Sequence record: DRR378314_212
Length of the DNA stretch: 55,816 bases
Reading direction: 5' to 3' (one strand)
Shown here: positions 11,401 through 20,062 of the stretch, in pieces
Layout: each line of letters opens with the position of its first letter
Numbering within the stretch: the first letter of the stretch is position 1
Position numbers and translations under genes: made by a program
The notes under the pieces: model-generated
Seen by the model: the letters and a program-made list of their open reading frames with translations, nothing else
What the model was told of the DNA's origin: nothing
The model's database searches: none

Positions 11401-11938
11401 ACGTATGGGTGAGCAGTTGAACTGTGACGTACAGGTTGAGTCGGTTGAAGGTAAAGGCTCGTGTTTTTCGGTACGAGTGCCCTTAGGTAATGCTGCTCAG
11501 GTTGTCAGCCGACCGAAAAAACAACTGGAAGACGCGTTATCTGATCCTTTACAGCTTATTGTGGTCGATGACGACAATGAAAACCTAAGCGCGTTGAGTG
11601 CGCTACTGAATAAGTGGGGGTGCGAAGCCCTGACCTTTAATCGTTATAGCAAAGCGTTAGCCTATGCCAAGGCTCACAGCCAGAACAAAGCACCGCACGG
11701 ACTGTTATTAGACTATCAGTTAGGTGACGGTGACGGTTTGCAGTTGGCGCAGGAATTACGTGATATTTGGCAGCAACAGATACCGGCCGCTTTGGTAACA
11801 GCCATGCGCGATGATTCTGTGAAGCAGGCCGCCCGCAAAAGCGGTCTGCAGTTTTTACCTAAGCCGGCTAAGCCTGCCGCATTAAAAGCATTTTTAAAAT
11901 ACATTAGTACCCGAAAGGCGGGAGGAGCCAGAAGTTGA
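8465..11938 (+). CDS. crbS: CrbS/MxtR-type hybrid sensor kinase: SLC5 (SSS) transporter-like domain + STAC + PAS + HisKA/HATPase + REC
   Basis: SLAIYCTSWTYYGAVG, SIADFISSRFG, PYIALQLKA, LPRQFHV, H-box ASHDILQPLNAARL, WDTGPGI, GVGLGLS and a C-terminal receiver domain. Confidence 0.88.
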   Translation: MTWLLIFASLAYVIFLFAVATWGDRLGSWANKISHKPVVYSMSLAIYCTSWTYYGAVGNAAVDGWAFFPILLGPILLFLFGIRILEKLVSVSKQQNITSIADFISSRFGKRRRLAVAVTAIAAVAIIPYIALQLKAVGISFAVLTESSGVMAQFSIKELGAAALMAIFAMLFGTRHVEVTEYRSGMILAIAVESMIKLVALLAAGAFAWFLIQGDAQSDLFSSFDDVTKPQWSFAAFGEFEFIVQTLMAAGAILCLPRQFHVAVVDNVDVRHLRTARWGFPLYLALTAAAIVPIAIAGTFYLSATTDGSTFALQLPLLKDQLWLSLVIFIGGISAATAMVIIASVTLSTMITNDVIMPILLQRESRLPLKHRRREYDRALLLIRRVAIAVTMVLSFLCYYFWAARTNLVSIGLLAFSLVLQLLPALLAALYWRKGHARGVYAGLAAGSVGWVLAVLIPLYTDLQLTDVEIITRGTVVSLALNCFGFIVFSLLAKPRLVDRIQATAFVKPRAALPDLHFNKNDSATNADMLLLLRTFLGAERAQQLMQYYQRPENTELPLEGVAEKTFISFVERAIAGVLGSATARSLVDAALRDKQLNLEEVVHFFDDTTQALQTQQSILFSSLENLAQGISVVDAELRLVAWNKRYMDLFQYPEGMVKPGQPIATLIRYNAERGECGPGDVDGLVNKRLRYMQLGSPHRFIRRRADGRVIEMVGNPLPTGGFVTSFTDITSHVETQQALEDANIDLEQRVDVRTQEIREINQELTAEIDRRRQVEDELKKAKAEAEAANASKTRFLALASHDILQPLNAARLYLSAIQEKELSERNLSLVGKLDTALGSTEHLLSTLLSIAKMDQGALKPQFRHVQLSSLLEPLVEEYAVLAEQRKLDFRAFYKDRPVYTDPTYLRRIVQNFLSNAIKYTQRGSVLLGVRKRGDELQIAVWDTGPGIAAQQQNKVFDAFYRVQNQTVDGVGLGLSVAQRMGEQLNCDVQVESVEGKGSCFSVRVPLGNAAQVVSRPKKQLEDALSDPLQLIVVDDDNENLSALSALLNKWGCEALTFNRYSKALAYAKAHSQNKAPHGLLLDYQLGDGDGLQLAQELRDIWQQQIPAALVTAMRDDSVKQAARKSGLQFLPKPAKPAALKAFLKYISTRKAGGARS

Positions 11939-12936
11939 TAGAGCTTGCCGAGCGACACACATTTAAACTCCCGGCACAATGCCGTTCGTTAATTGAACTG
12001 AAAAGCAGCGACGACGTCGAGGATTTAGCATTTGAGGAACCTTATTATTTGCTTGGTGAGGGTAGTAACACCTTATTTGTCGATAACTTCTATGGAACCG
12101 TCATTTGCAACCGGCTACTGGGTGTCTGCATTGAAGAACAGGAAAGCTCTTATTTAATTACTTCCGCAGCAGGCGAGAACTGGCATAACTTTGTTGCTGA
12201 CTTACGCGCAAGAAGTATCGACGGGCTGGAGAACTTAGCGCTAATTCCGGGCTCAGTCGGTGCTGCCCCGGTGCAAAATGTTGGGGCTTATGGGGTCGAG
12301 GTGGCAACCTTTATTGAGCAGGTAACCGCCTGGGACATTAAAGAAAAGTGCTGGGTTTCTATGAACAGAGAAGCCTGCCAGTTTGCATATCGCGACAGTG
12401 TATTCAAGCAACACCCTGGCCGTTGGTTGATAACTTCGGTGGTGTTTCGCTTGCCCAAAGACTGGCAGCCGGTTACCCACTATGCTCCGTTGAACCAACT
12501 TCAGGGGCATGTGAGTGCCCAGAAAATTTTCGATACGGTTGTGGAAGTGCGCCAGAGAAAGTTACCGGATCCAAAAGTTATACCCAATGCCGGCAGCTTT
12601 TTCAAAAACCCGGTTATCACCAAAGCGCAGCTTGATGAGCTGTTGCTGAAATGGCCTGACATGGTCTATTTCCCAGTAGCCGATAACCAGGTGAAAGTGG
12701 CGGCTGGTTGGCTTATTGAGCATTTAGGTCTGAAGTCAGCGTTTGTCGGCGATGCTGCGGTTAACCCGCGTCAGGCATTGGTGTTGATTAATAAAGCACA
12801 GGCCACGGGCAGTGATATTAAGCAACTGGCACTAAAAATTATGAAACAAGTGGCGGATGCCAGTGGCATTATGCTCGAACCTGAAGTTCGTCTGGTAGGC
12901 CAACATGGTCTTGTGCAGTTGGCGGTAGAGAAATGA
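11935..12936 (+). CDS. murB: UDP-N-acetylenolpyruvoylglucosamine reductase
   Basis: LGEGSNTLF, GLENLALIPGSVGAAPVQNVGAYG, PNAGSFFKNP, LEPEV; TTG start overlaps the crbS stop and has a GGAGGA SD. Confidence 0.95.
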   Translation: MIELAERHTFKLPAQCRSLIELKSSDDVEDLAFEEPYYLLGEGSNTLFVDNFYGTVICNRLLGVCIEEQESSYLITSAAGENWHNFVADLRARSIDGLENLALIPGSVGAAPVQNVGAYGVEVATFIEQVTAWDIKEKCWVSMNREACQFAYRDSVFKQHPGRWLITSVVFRLPKDWQPVTHYAPLNQLQGHVSAQKIFDTVVEVRQRKLPDPKVIPNAGSFFKNPVITKAQLDELLLKWPDMVYFPVADNQVKVAAGWLIEHLGLKSAFVGDAAVNPRQALVLINKAQATGSDIKQLALKIMKQVADASGIMLEPEVRLVGQHGLVQLAVEK

Positions 12937-13928
12937 AGCAGGCAGAACGTCTTGATCAGTTAATTACTTTACTGGCTAATGGTGAGTTTCATTCCGGGCA
13001 GGCTATTGGTGAGTCTCTGGCTATATCACGGGCTGCGGTAAACCAACACATTCACAAACTTGAAGAGCTTGGGCTGGAGCTGTTTTCGGTAACCGGGCGT
13101 GGCTATAAGCTTGCCCGGCCGATAGAGCTTTTGCAGGCGGGGGTTATTGAAAAGGAAAGCCCGGAAGAGTGGCGACAGTCGCCGGAGTTTGAAGTGAAGT
13201 CGGTGGTTGATTCCAGTAACGACCGGGTTAAAGAGTTGGCCAAAGAAGGGCCTTTAGAAGCGGGGTTTTCTATTTTCGCCGAAGCTCAGACCGCCGGACG
13301 CGGGCGTCGTGGGAAAAAATGGATTTCGCCCTTTGGCAATAACCTTTACTTTAGTGTGTACTGGCCTTTAGATGACGGTATTCATGGCGCCATGGGGTTA
13401 AGCCTTGCGGCCGGGGTCGCCTTAGCGGAATGTTTTACCGAGCTGGGTATTGAAGGCGTTAGCGTAAAATGGCCTAACGATGTTTATATTGGCGGGAAGA
13501 AAGTGACCGGAATACTGGTCGACCTTGAAACCTCGCCTGAAGGCGCTGCGCACAGCATTATTGGTATTGGCATTAATTTAACCATGCCAGAGCATGTTGG
13601 TGCGAGCATTGATCAGGCCTGGACGGATCTGAACTCCGAATTGCCGCGGCCAATGTCGCGTAATCATATTGCGGCGCAGGTACGTGCCTCTGTGCTGTCG
13701 GCTTTACAGCAATACGAACAACACGGGCTGGCTGCTTTTCAGCAAAGCTGGCGCCGATACGACTGCTTTTTGGATAAGCCGGTGAAGCTCATTATGGGGC
13801 AAAGAGTTTGTTTAGGAACCTGTCGTGGAATCGACGAAAATGGTGCGTTACTGGTAGAAGATGAGCAGGGCGTACGTCGTTATTTTGGTGGTGAAGTTTC
13901 ATTGAGGGCGCAAGATGCTACTAATTGA
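12933..13928 (+). CDS. birA: Bifunctional biotin ligase / biotin operon repressor
   Basis: N-terminal helix-turn-helix (HSGQAIGESLAISRAAV), QTAGRGRRG, KWPNDV, IGIGIN. Confidence 0.95.
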   Translation: MKQAERLDQLITLLANGEFHSGQAIGESLAISRAAVNQHIHKLEELGLELFSVTGRGYKLARPIELLQAGVIEKESPEEWRQSPEFEVKSVVDSSNDRVKELAKEGPLEAGFSIFAEAQTAGRGRRGKKWISPFGNNLYFSVYWPLDDGIHGAMGLSLAAGVALAECFTELGIEGVSVKWPNDVYIGGKKVTGILVDLETSPEGAAHSIIGIGINLTMPEHVGASIDQAWTDLNSELPRPMSRNHIAAQVRASVLSALQQYEQHGLAAFQQSWRRYDCFLDKPVKLIMGQRVCLGTCRGIDENGALLVEDEQGVRRYFGGEVSLRAQDATN

Positions 13929-14703
13929 TGCGGGCAATACCCGCAGCAAGTTTGCATGGTGGGATGCTGACACCGATAAAATAGAGATTCTGGGAGCTAT
14001 TCCTCATCAAAGCTGGCTAAACGATTTAAGTCAGCCGCTAAAAGATTTGCTTCTTGAGGTTATTAGCGGCCGTCAGCTAGAACGCGAGCAACAGGCCATT
14101 GGTTGCAGTGTGGCCGCTGTTCAGGTTATGGATACGTTAAATAGCTCGCTGGCGGAACTGGGTATAAAAGTTTTCTGGCAAAAAACCAGAGCACAGCAAG
14201 CAGGGGTTACTAATGGTTACACTAAAGAACCTGAGCGCCTCGGCTCGGATCGCTGGATGGCCTTACTCGGTTGTCATGAGCAAGTGAAACAGAACGCACT
14301 GATTGTCGATGCGGGTACTGCACTAACCATTGACTGGCTGATGGCTGATGGCCGTCATCTTGGCGGCTGGATTGTTCCCGGACGACAGTTAATGCTAAAT
14401 GCCCTGGGTCAGGGTACGGCTAATTTAAAGGGCATTACGGTAAATGATATTGAGCGTGATGGTTTAGCTGCCGGCTTGGATACTTTTGACGGTATTACCC
14501 AAGGGGCTGAAGCAGCTTTAACCGGTGCTATTGCACAAGCGATTCAGTTGTCCGGCCGCTATTTTTCTGACCAGCCTTTTGATGTGGTGGTCACCGGTGG
14601 TGACGGTGAGCATTTGATGCGAACCTTGTCGGTTGAATTCTGTCGTTATGACGATTTGTTGTTTAAGGGTTTGCGACTCTGTGCCGATAACCTAAACAGT
14701 TAA
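13915..14703 (+). CDS. coaX: Type III pantothenate kinase
   Basis: LLIDAGNTRSK, LGSDRW, IVDAGTALTID, HLGGWIVPG, TGGD; directly downstream of birA. Confidence 0.92.
   Translation: MLLIDAGNTRSKFAWWDADTDKIEILGAIPHQSWLNDLSQPLKDLLLEVISGRQLEREQQAIGCSVAAVQVMDTLNSSLAELGIKVFWQKTRAQQAGVTNGYTKEPERLGSDRWMALLGCHEQVKQNALIVDAGTALTIDWLMADGRHLGGWIVPGRQLMLNALGQGTANLKGITVNDIERDGLAAGLDTFDGITQGAEAALTGAIAQAIQLSGRYFSDQPFDVVVTGGDGEHLMRTLSVEFCRYDDLLFKGLRLCADNLNS
14664..14690 (+). promoter_or_regulatory. Sigma28 (FliA) promoter for motX, embedded in the 3' end of coaX
   Basis: TAAG-N15-GCCGATAA (TAAGGGTT-N11-GCCGATAA), 50 bp upstream of the motX ATG. Confidence 0.8.
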
Positions 14704-14740
14704 GCTTTTAGGTATATTCAGAGAGACCACAGGCAACTTT

Positions 14741-15367
14741 ATGAAGATAGTCATTCCAATGCTGATTGCTGTAGCCGGATTGACCGCTATGCACAAGGCG
14801 CAGGCGCAGGATGTTGAAGCGGTACAGTTATATTCAGACGCGGAACTGGTTGAGATGTTTGCAACTAATGCGCATCTGAAACGGGTACGCGATACCGATC
14901 GCTGCCAGTTGGCACAGGATATTGAAGCTCAGGCCGAGCTTGAGCGCCGACCGACTTATCAGTTTCTTTATGGCGACATGATGGCCTGGGGTGTGTGTTA
15001 TGACCGTGACCCCGAACTTGGCCTGCTGTATATGGAGAAAGCAGCTCAGCATGGCTTACTGGAAGCTCTGGAGCAGTTAGGTCGCTATTACCATGAAGGG
15101 GTTTTGGTGCAAAAAGACATTGAGCGTGCCATTCTGTACCTTCGTGAAGCCGCATCGTTAGGGAATTTGCCTGCGCAACGACGCTTTGCCGATATTCTGC
15201 TGGCCGATGAAGGCAGCCCTTATGATTATGAAAAAGCTTATCATTGGCTGCATAATTCAATTACCGCTGATAAGCGGACTTATGCGGATATTGAACAGAA
15301 GCTTGCAAAGCTGGCTGAGAGAATGCCACCTTCGGTGGTTGAGAAAGCAAAAAGGCCACTTGATTAG
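14741..15367 (+). CDS. motX: Sodium-type polar flagellar motor T-ring protein MotX (Sel1 repeats)
   Basis: Signal peptide; CQLAQDIEAQA, PTYQFLYGDMMAWGVC, ALEQLGRYY and GSPYDYEKAYHWLHNS match Vibrio MotX; sigma28 promoter upstream. Confidence 0.85.
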   Translation: MKIVIPMLIAVAGLTAMHKAQAQDVEAVQLYSDAELVEMFATNAHLKRVRDTDRCQLAQDIEAQAELERRPTYQFLYGDMMAWGVCYDRDPELGLLYMEKAAQHGLLEALEQLGRYYHEGVLVQKDIERAILYLREAASLGNLPAQRRFADILLADEGSPYDYEKAYHWLHNSITADKRTYADIEQKLAKLAERMPPSVVEKAKRPLD

Positions 15368-15391
15368 AGTATATAGAACTAAGTGGCCTTT
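15351..15391. terminator. Inverted repeat between convergent motX and nspC; likely bidirectional terminator
   Basis: aaaggccactt-N19-aagtggccttt; the left arm lies in the last motX codons. Confidence 0.55.
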
Positions 15392-15419
15392 GATTTGAAC
15401 TGCGAAAGCTTATTTGTGT

Positions 15420-16553
15420 TTAAGACAAGCGATTGCGGAAATCTTCGTAACTAAATTGTCGTACACAATCGAACAGTCCATTCTCCCGCAAAATACCAAT
15501 GGCTGGGTGTTGAACACCGTTAAAGAAAGACGTTTTCACCATGGTGTAATGCATCATGTCCTCAAACACCAGGCGGTCGCCAACAGCCAGCGGCTGATCA
15601 AAACTGTACTCACCGATAACATCACCGGCTAAACAACTATTACCACCTAAGCGATAACTGAAGGCTTTTTCTGCTGGTAAACCTGCTCCGGTAATGACCG
15701 GGCGATAAGGCATTTCCAGCACGTCCGGCATATGTGCCGTGGCTGAAATATCCAGTAAAGCAATTTGCCCCTGGTTCTCAACAATATCCACCACTTCACA
15801 GACCAGCGGACCGGTTTGCCAGGCAACGGCAGATCCGGGTTCCAGTATCACTTGTAGGTCGTAGGTTTCGCGCAGGCGCTTTAACTGCTTTATCAGGTGA
15901 TCAACATCGTAGCCCTGACGTGTCATGAGATGTCCGCCACCCAGATTCAACCATTTCATTTGTTTTAGCTGTTCGCCAAAACGGTTTTCCACGGCTTCCA
16001 GCGTGCGTTCCAGCGCAAAAGAGTCGCACTCGCACAGGTTATGCACGTGCAAACCTTCAACGCCAGTTAAGTCCTGTTGTTTAAGCTCGCTGGCGCGAAT
16101 ACCCAGACGAGAGCCCGGTGCGCTGGGATCATAAAGCTCAGTTTCAGCTTCCTGATGCTCCGGGTTAATACGCAGGCCAACGGAAACTCCGGCATCAGCT
16201 GTCTGTTCACGGTACTTGTGCCATTGAGAGATACTGTTGAAAGACAAGTGATTCACTAACGGCAGCAGTTCGTCGATGTCTTCTTGTTTATAAGCTGGCG
16301 CATAAGCATGAACTTCGCGCGAAAATTCCTCTGCTGCCAGCTTTGCCTCCCAGACAGAGCTGGCTGTGCAGCCTTTAAGATACTGTCGAATAAGCGGAAA
16401 AGCTGACCACATGGCATAGCCTTTCAGTGCCAGAATAATGTCGGCACCACTTTGCTCCTGTACCTTTTGCATTAGCTCGAGGTTTTTGCGTAGCAGCTTT
16501 TCGTCCAGCACATAGCAAGGAGACGGAATGTCCGGCGATGTATATTGACTCAT
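15420..16553 (-). CDS. nspC: Carboxy(nor)spermidine decarboxylase
   Basis: PSPCYVLDE, LALKGYA, NLGGGH, ILEPG, HMPDVLEMPY, SCLAGDV, HYTMVKTSFFNGV. Confidence 0.93.
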   Translation of the reverse strand: MSQYTSPDIPSPCYVLDEKLLRKNLELMQKVQEQSGADIILALKGYAMWSAFPLIRQYLKGCTASSVWEAKLAAEEFSREVHAYAPAYKQEDIDELLPLVNHLSFNSISQWHKYREQTADAGVSVGLRINPEHQEAETELYDPSAPGSRLGIRASELKQQDLTGVEGLHVHNLCECDSFALERTLEAVENRFGEQLKQMKWLNLGGGHLMTRQGYDVDHLIKQLKRLRETYDLQVILEPGSAVAWQTGPLVCEVVDIVENQGQIALLDISATAHMPDVLEMPYRPVITGAGLPAEKAFSYRLGGNSCLAGDVIGEYSFDQPLAVGDRLVFEDMMHYTMVKTSFFNGVQHPAIGILRENGLFDCVRQFSYEDFRNRLS

Positions 16554-16568
16554 GCGTTGTCTTCTCTG

Positions 16569-17768
16569 TTACTTCTCAAATGGCTTATCGCATTCCTGAA
16601 CTTGCCATGGCAGGCCATACTTATTCAGGCGTTCCATGAACTCATCAGGGTCAAACTGCTCCATATTCCAGACGCCGGGTTCCATCCAATGACCCTGCAA
16701 CATCATTGATGCGCCAATCATTGCCGGTACGCCGGTGGTGTAAGAAACTGCCTGAGCGCCAACTTCTTTGTTGGTTTCGGCATGGTCACAGTTGTTGTAG
16801 ATGAAAATAGTCTTTTCTTGACCGTCTTTCAGCCCTGTGACATAGGTACCAATACAGGTTTTTCCGGTATAGCCTTCCGCCAGAGAACCCGGGTTCGGCA
16901 GTACCGCTTTCAGAAACTCCAGTGGTACAATTTTTTTGCCTTCAAACTCTACCGGCTGGATAGAGGTCATGCCAACGTTTTCAAGTACCCGTAAGTGAGT
17001 CAGATACTGCTCACCGAAAGTCATCCAGAAACGCGCGCGTTTAATGGTTGGAAAGTGCTTAACCAGCGATTCCAGCTCTTCGTGAAACAACAGGTAAGAC
17101 GGGCGAACACCAACATTAGGGTAGTCCAGATCTTTACGCACACTGATAGGGTCGGTTTCGTGCCACTCGCCGTTTTCCCAGTACTTACCTTTTTGGGTAA
17201 TTTCGCGAATATTAATTTCCGGGTTAAAGTTGGTTGCAAAGGCCTGACCGTGGTCACCACCGTTGCAGTCAACAATGTCCAGATAATGCACTTCGTCAAA
17301 GTAGTGCTTGGCGGCATAAGCCGTAAATACGTTGGTAACACCCGGATCAAAACCGGCACCCAACAAGGCCATTAAGCCTTTCTCTTTAAAGCGTTCCTGA
17401 TAAGCCCACTGCCACGAATATTCAAATTTCGCTTCGTCTTTTGGTTCGTAGTTTGCGGTATCCAGGTAGTGCACGCCGGTTTCGAGGCACGCATCCATGA
17501 TAGGTAAGTCCTGGTATGGAAGCGCAACGTTAATAACCAGTGACGGGTTAATGCCGCGAATAAGCTCAGCTACTTCTGCAGAGTCATCGGCGTCTACCTG
17601 ATACACTCCTACAACGCGGTCTTTACCGGCTTTTTCCTGCAGTGCCTGACATTTGGGCAGGGTACGGCTGGCAAGATGAATTTCAGAGAATACTTCAGGC
17701 AGGCCCGCACATTTTTGTACGACTACGCCAGCAACACCGCCGGCACCAATAATTAGAACTTTAGACAT
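16569..17768 (-). CDS. Carboxy(nor)spermidine dehydrogenase (saccharopine dehydrogenase family)
   Basis: IIGAGGV, NVALPYQDL, YLDTANYEP, GFDPGVTN, FATNFNPEINIRE; directly upstream of nspC. Confidence 0.9.
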   Translation of the reverse strand: MSKVLIIGAGGVAGVVVQKCAGLPEVFSEIHLASRTLPKCQALQEKAGKDRVVGVYQVDADDSAEVAELIRGINPSLVINVALPYQDLPIMDACLETGVHYLDTANYEPKDEAKFEYSWQWAYQERFKEKGLMALLGAGFDPGVTNVFTAYAAKHYFDEVHYLDIVDCNGGDHGQAFATNFNPEINIREITQKGKYWENGEWHETDPISVRKDLDYPNVGVRPSYLLFHEELESLVKHFPTIKRARFWMTFGEQYLTHLRVLENVGMTSIQPVEFEGKKIVPLEFLKAVLPNPGSLAEGYTGKTCIGTYVTGLKDGQEKTIFIYNNCDHAETNKEVGAQAVSYTTGVPAMIGASMMLQGHWMEPGVWNMEQFDPDEFMERLNKYGLPWQVQECDKPFEK

Positions 17769-17840
17769 GAATGCTATCCTTCACAGAAATCTTTTAACTA
17801 ATAAAGTTGCTGCGAAAGATAGCATATTTTTATGAAATCA

Positions 17841-19997
17841 TCATTCAGAAGCGTTGCTTTCTGCCGCCTCTGAATTCATGCCTAAATGCTGGTGCAAAAA
17901 GGCCCAGTTTTCCGCGTGTTCTTCAATGCGCATCCATGTTGGTGTACCGGCTCCGTGACCAGCGCGAGTCTCTACATTTAACAGTATGGGTTGGTCGCAA
18001 CTTTGGTCACGTTGCAGTGCAGCTGCAAACTTGTAGCTGTGCCATGGAACCACTCGATTATCGTGGTCGCCGGTGGTGATCAAGGTTGCCGGATAACAGG
18101 TGCCGCTCTTGGTATTGTGCACCGGCGAGTAAGCATAAAGAGTTTTGAACTCCTCTTTATTTTCGCTTAAACCAAATTCACTACCCCAGCCTCGTGCATT
18201 GGCGCTGGGCAGTTGGTATCTCAGCATATCCATAACACCAACGGCAGGAAGGGCTGCGGCAAACAACTCAGGACGCTGAGTCATGGTAGCGCCGACCAAT
18301 AAACCGCCGTTACTGCGTCCCTGAATAGCCAGCTTGTTCTTGTTGGTGTAGTTGTTGTTTATTAACCATTCAGCCGCGGCAATAAAGTCGTCAAAGACGT
18401 TTTGCTTGCTTTCTTTAGTGCCTTGTTGATGCCACATTTCACCAAATTCACCGCCGCCGCGAAGATTTGGAATGGCTAGTACGCCGCCCATTTCTAACCA
18501 GACAAGACGGGTTGTGTCGTAATCTGGCGTAATAGAAATATTGAAACCGCCATAACCATATAACAGCGTTGGGTTTTCGCCGTTAAGCTCAATGTTCTTG
18601 TCGTGCACTAAAAACATTGGAACTTCGGTGCCATCGGCACTGTTGTATACCACTTGCTCGGTTGTATATTGATCTAACTCGGCTGGCACTTTGGTTTCAT
18701 ACCACAAGGTGGTACGTTGCTGGTCAGGCTGGTAGCGATAGATTTTTCCCGGTTCGGTAAAGCTTTTGAAGGAAAAGAATACATCGGGTGCTTTATGGCT
18801 GCCTTCAAAACCGCTAATTGAGCCAATACCGGGTAAAGCCAGCTCCTGAAGCATGGTTCCTTTTATATCAAAGATAGCCACTCGCGAGCGCGCTGACTGC
18901 AAATAATGCGCAAATAGTTGACCATTTACTGCATGTACGTCTTTCAGTGTATGAGTTTTAGCAGCAATAATTTCTGTCCAGTTCTCAGGTTCAGGTTGTT
19001 TAGGGTCAACGGCAACGACACGACCTGTCGACGCTTCATTGGTAGTCTTAAAATACAGCAGGCCTTTTTGGCTGGTAACGTACTGATATTGGCCGTCCCA
19101 CTTGGTGAAAAGCCCTTTAAAAGGTGCATTTTCCTGTGCTAGCGGACGCAGGTAGACGGCATTAGCGTCGTAGCCTTTAAAAACATCAATAAGTAAGTAT
19201 TTACCGTCGTCCGATACTTTGGCGTAAGGGTTTAGTTCGGGCTGGTTGTCAAAAGCAAAAATCAGCTCATCGTCACTTTGTTTGGTTCCCAGTTTATGAA
19301 AATAAACACTGACGGGTTTTGTATCATCAAAGCTGCCGTCTTTATTTTCAGGGTAGCGGCTGTAATAAAAACCACGTTCATTTGGTAGCCAGGCAACTTC
19401 GGTAAATTTAACCCCTTCAATAACGTCGCGGGTGTCTTTTCCTGACTCTACATTACGGACTTTTATTTCCGTCCAGTCGCTGCCGCCGTCAGAAGTGGCA
19501 TAAGCAACATAGGTAGCGTCGGGAGAAACGTTAATACGTGCCAGCGACACGGTTCCGTCGTCGCTGAAGTTATTAGGATTAATCAGAATATCCGGCGCAC
19601 TGTTTAAATCGGTCATGGTGTATAGCACGGACTGATTTTGAAGGCCGTCATTTGAGAAATAAAAGTACCGGTCGGCATAGCGAAAAGGCGTGCTGACTTT
19701 TTCATAATTCCACAGTTCAGTCATGCGATCTTTAATGTCCGCGAACGCCGGAAGATTTTGCAATAAAGGGGTAGATAACTGGTTTTGTGCATCCACCCAA
19801 TTAGACACTTCCTGGTTGTCCTGCTCCAGCCAGCGGTAAGGATCTTCAACCCGGGTACCGTGATAATCATCTTGCTGCTCGACGGTTTTAGTTTCGGGGT
19901 AAGGGCCTTTAGGTTGTTCCTTTTCCTGTTCAAACGAGCTACAGGCACTCAGTATCAACACAGTTGAACAAAGAATAAAAGCTGAATTACGAGTCAT
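17841..19997 (-). CDS. Prolyl oligopeptidase (S9A), lipoprotein
   Basis: Lipobox LSAC; DPYRWLE, YGYGGF, catalytic GRSNGG, DHDNRV and AGHG. Confidence 0.92.
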   Translation of the reverse strand: MTRNSAFILCSTVLILSACSSFEQEKEQPKGPYPETKTVEQQDDYHGTRVEDPYRWLEQDNQEVSNWVDAQNQLSTPLLQNLPAFADIKDRMTELWNYEKVSTPFRYADRYFYFSNDGLQNQSVLYTMTDLNSAPDILINPNNFSDDGTVSLARINVSPDATYVAYATSDGGSDWTEIKVRNVESGKDTRDVIEGVKFTEVAWLPNERGFYYSRYPENKDGSFDDTKPVSVYFHKLGTKQSDDELIFAFDNQPELNPYAKVSDDGKYLLIDVFKGYDANAVYLRPLAQENAPFKGLFTKWDGQYQYVTSQKGLLYFKTTNEASTGRVVAVDPKQPEPENWTEIIAAKTHTLKDVHAVNGQLFAHYLQSARSRVAIFDIKGTMLQELALPGIGSISGFEGSHKAPDVFFSFKSFTEPGKIYRYQPDQQRTTLWYETKVPAELDQYTTEQVVYNSADGTEVPMFLVHDKNIELNGENPTLLYGYGGFNISITPDYDTTRLVWLEMGGVLAIPNLRGGGEFGEMWHQQGTKESKQNVFDDFIAAAEWLINNNYTNKNKLAIQGRSNGGLLVGATMTQRPELFAAALPAVGVMDMLRYQLPSANARGWGSEFGLSENKEEFKTLYAYSPVHNTKSGTCYPATLITTGDHDNRVVPWHSYKFAAALQRDQSCDQPILLNVETRAGHGAGTPTWMRIEEHAENWAFLHQHLGMNSEAAESNASE

Positions 19998-20062
19998 GGT
20001 TGGGCTTCCTGTTTAGGTTCTGCGGTGATCATAGGAATTTGCTGTCAAAACAACAAGTCACA

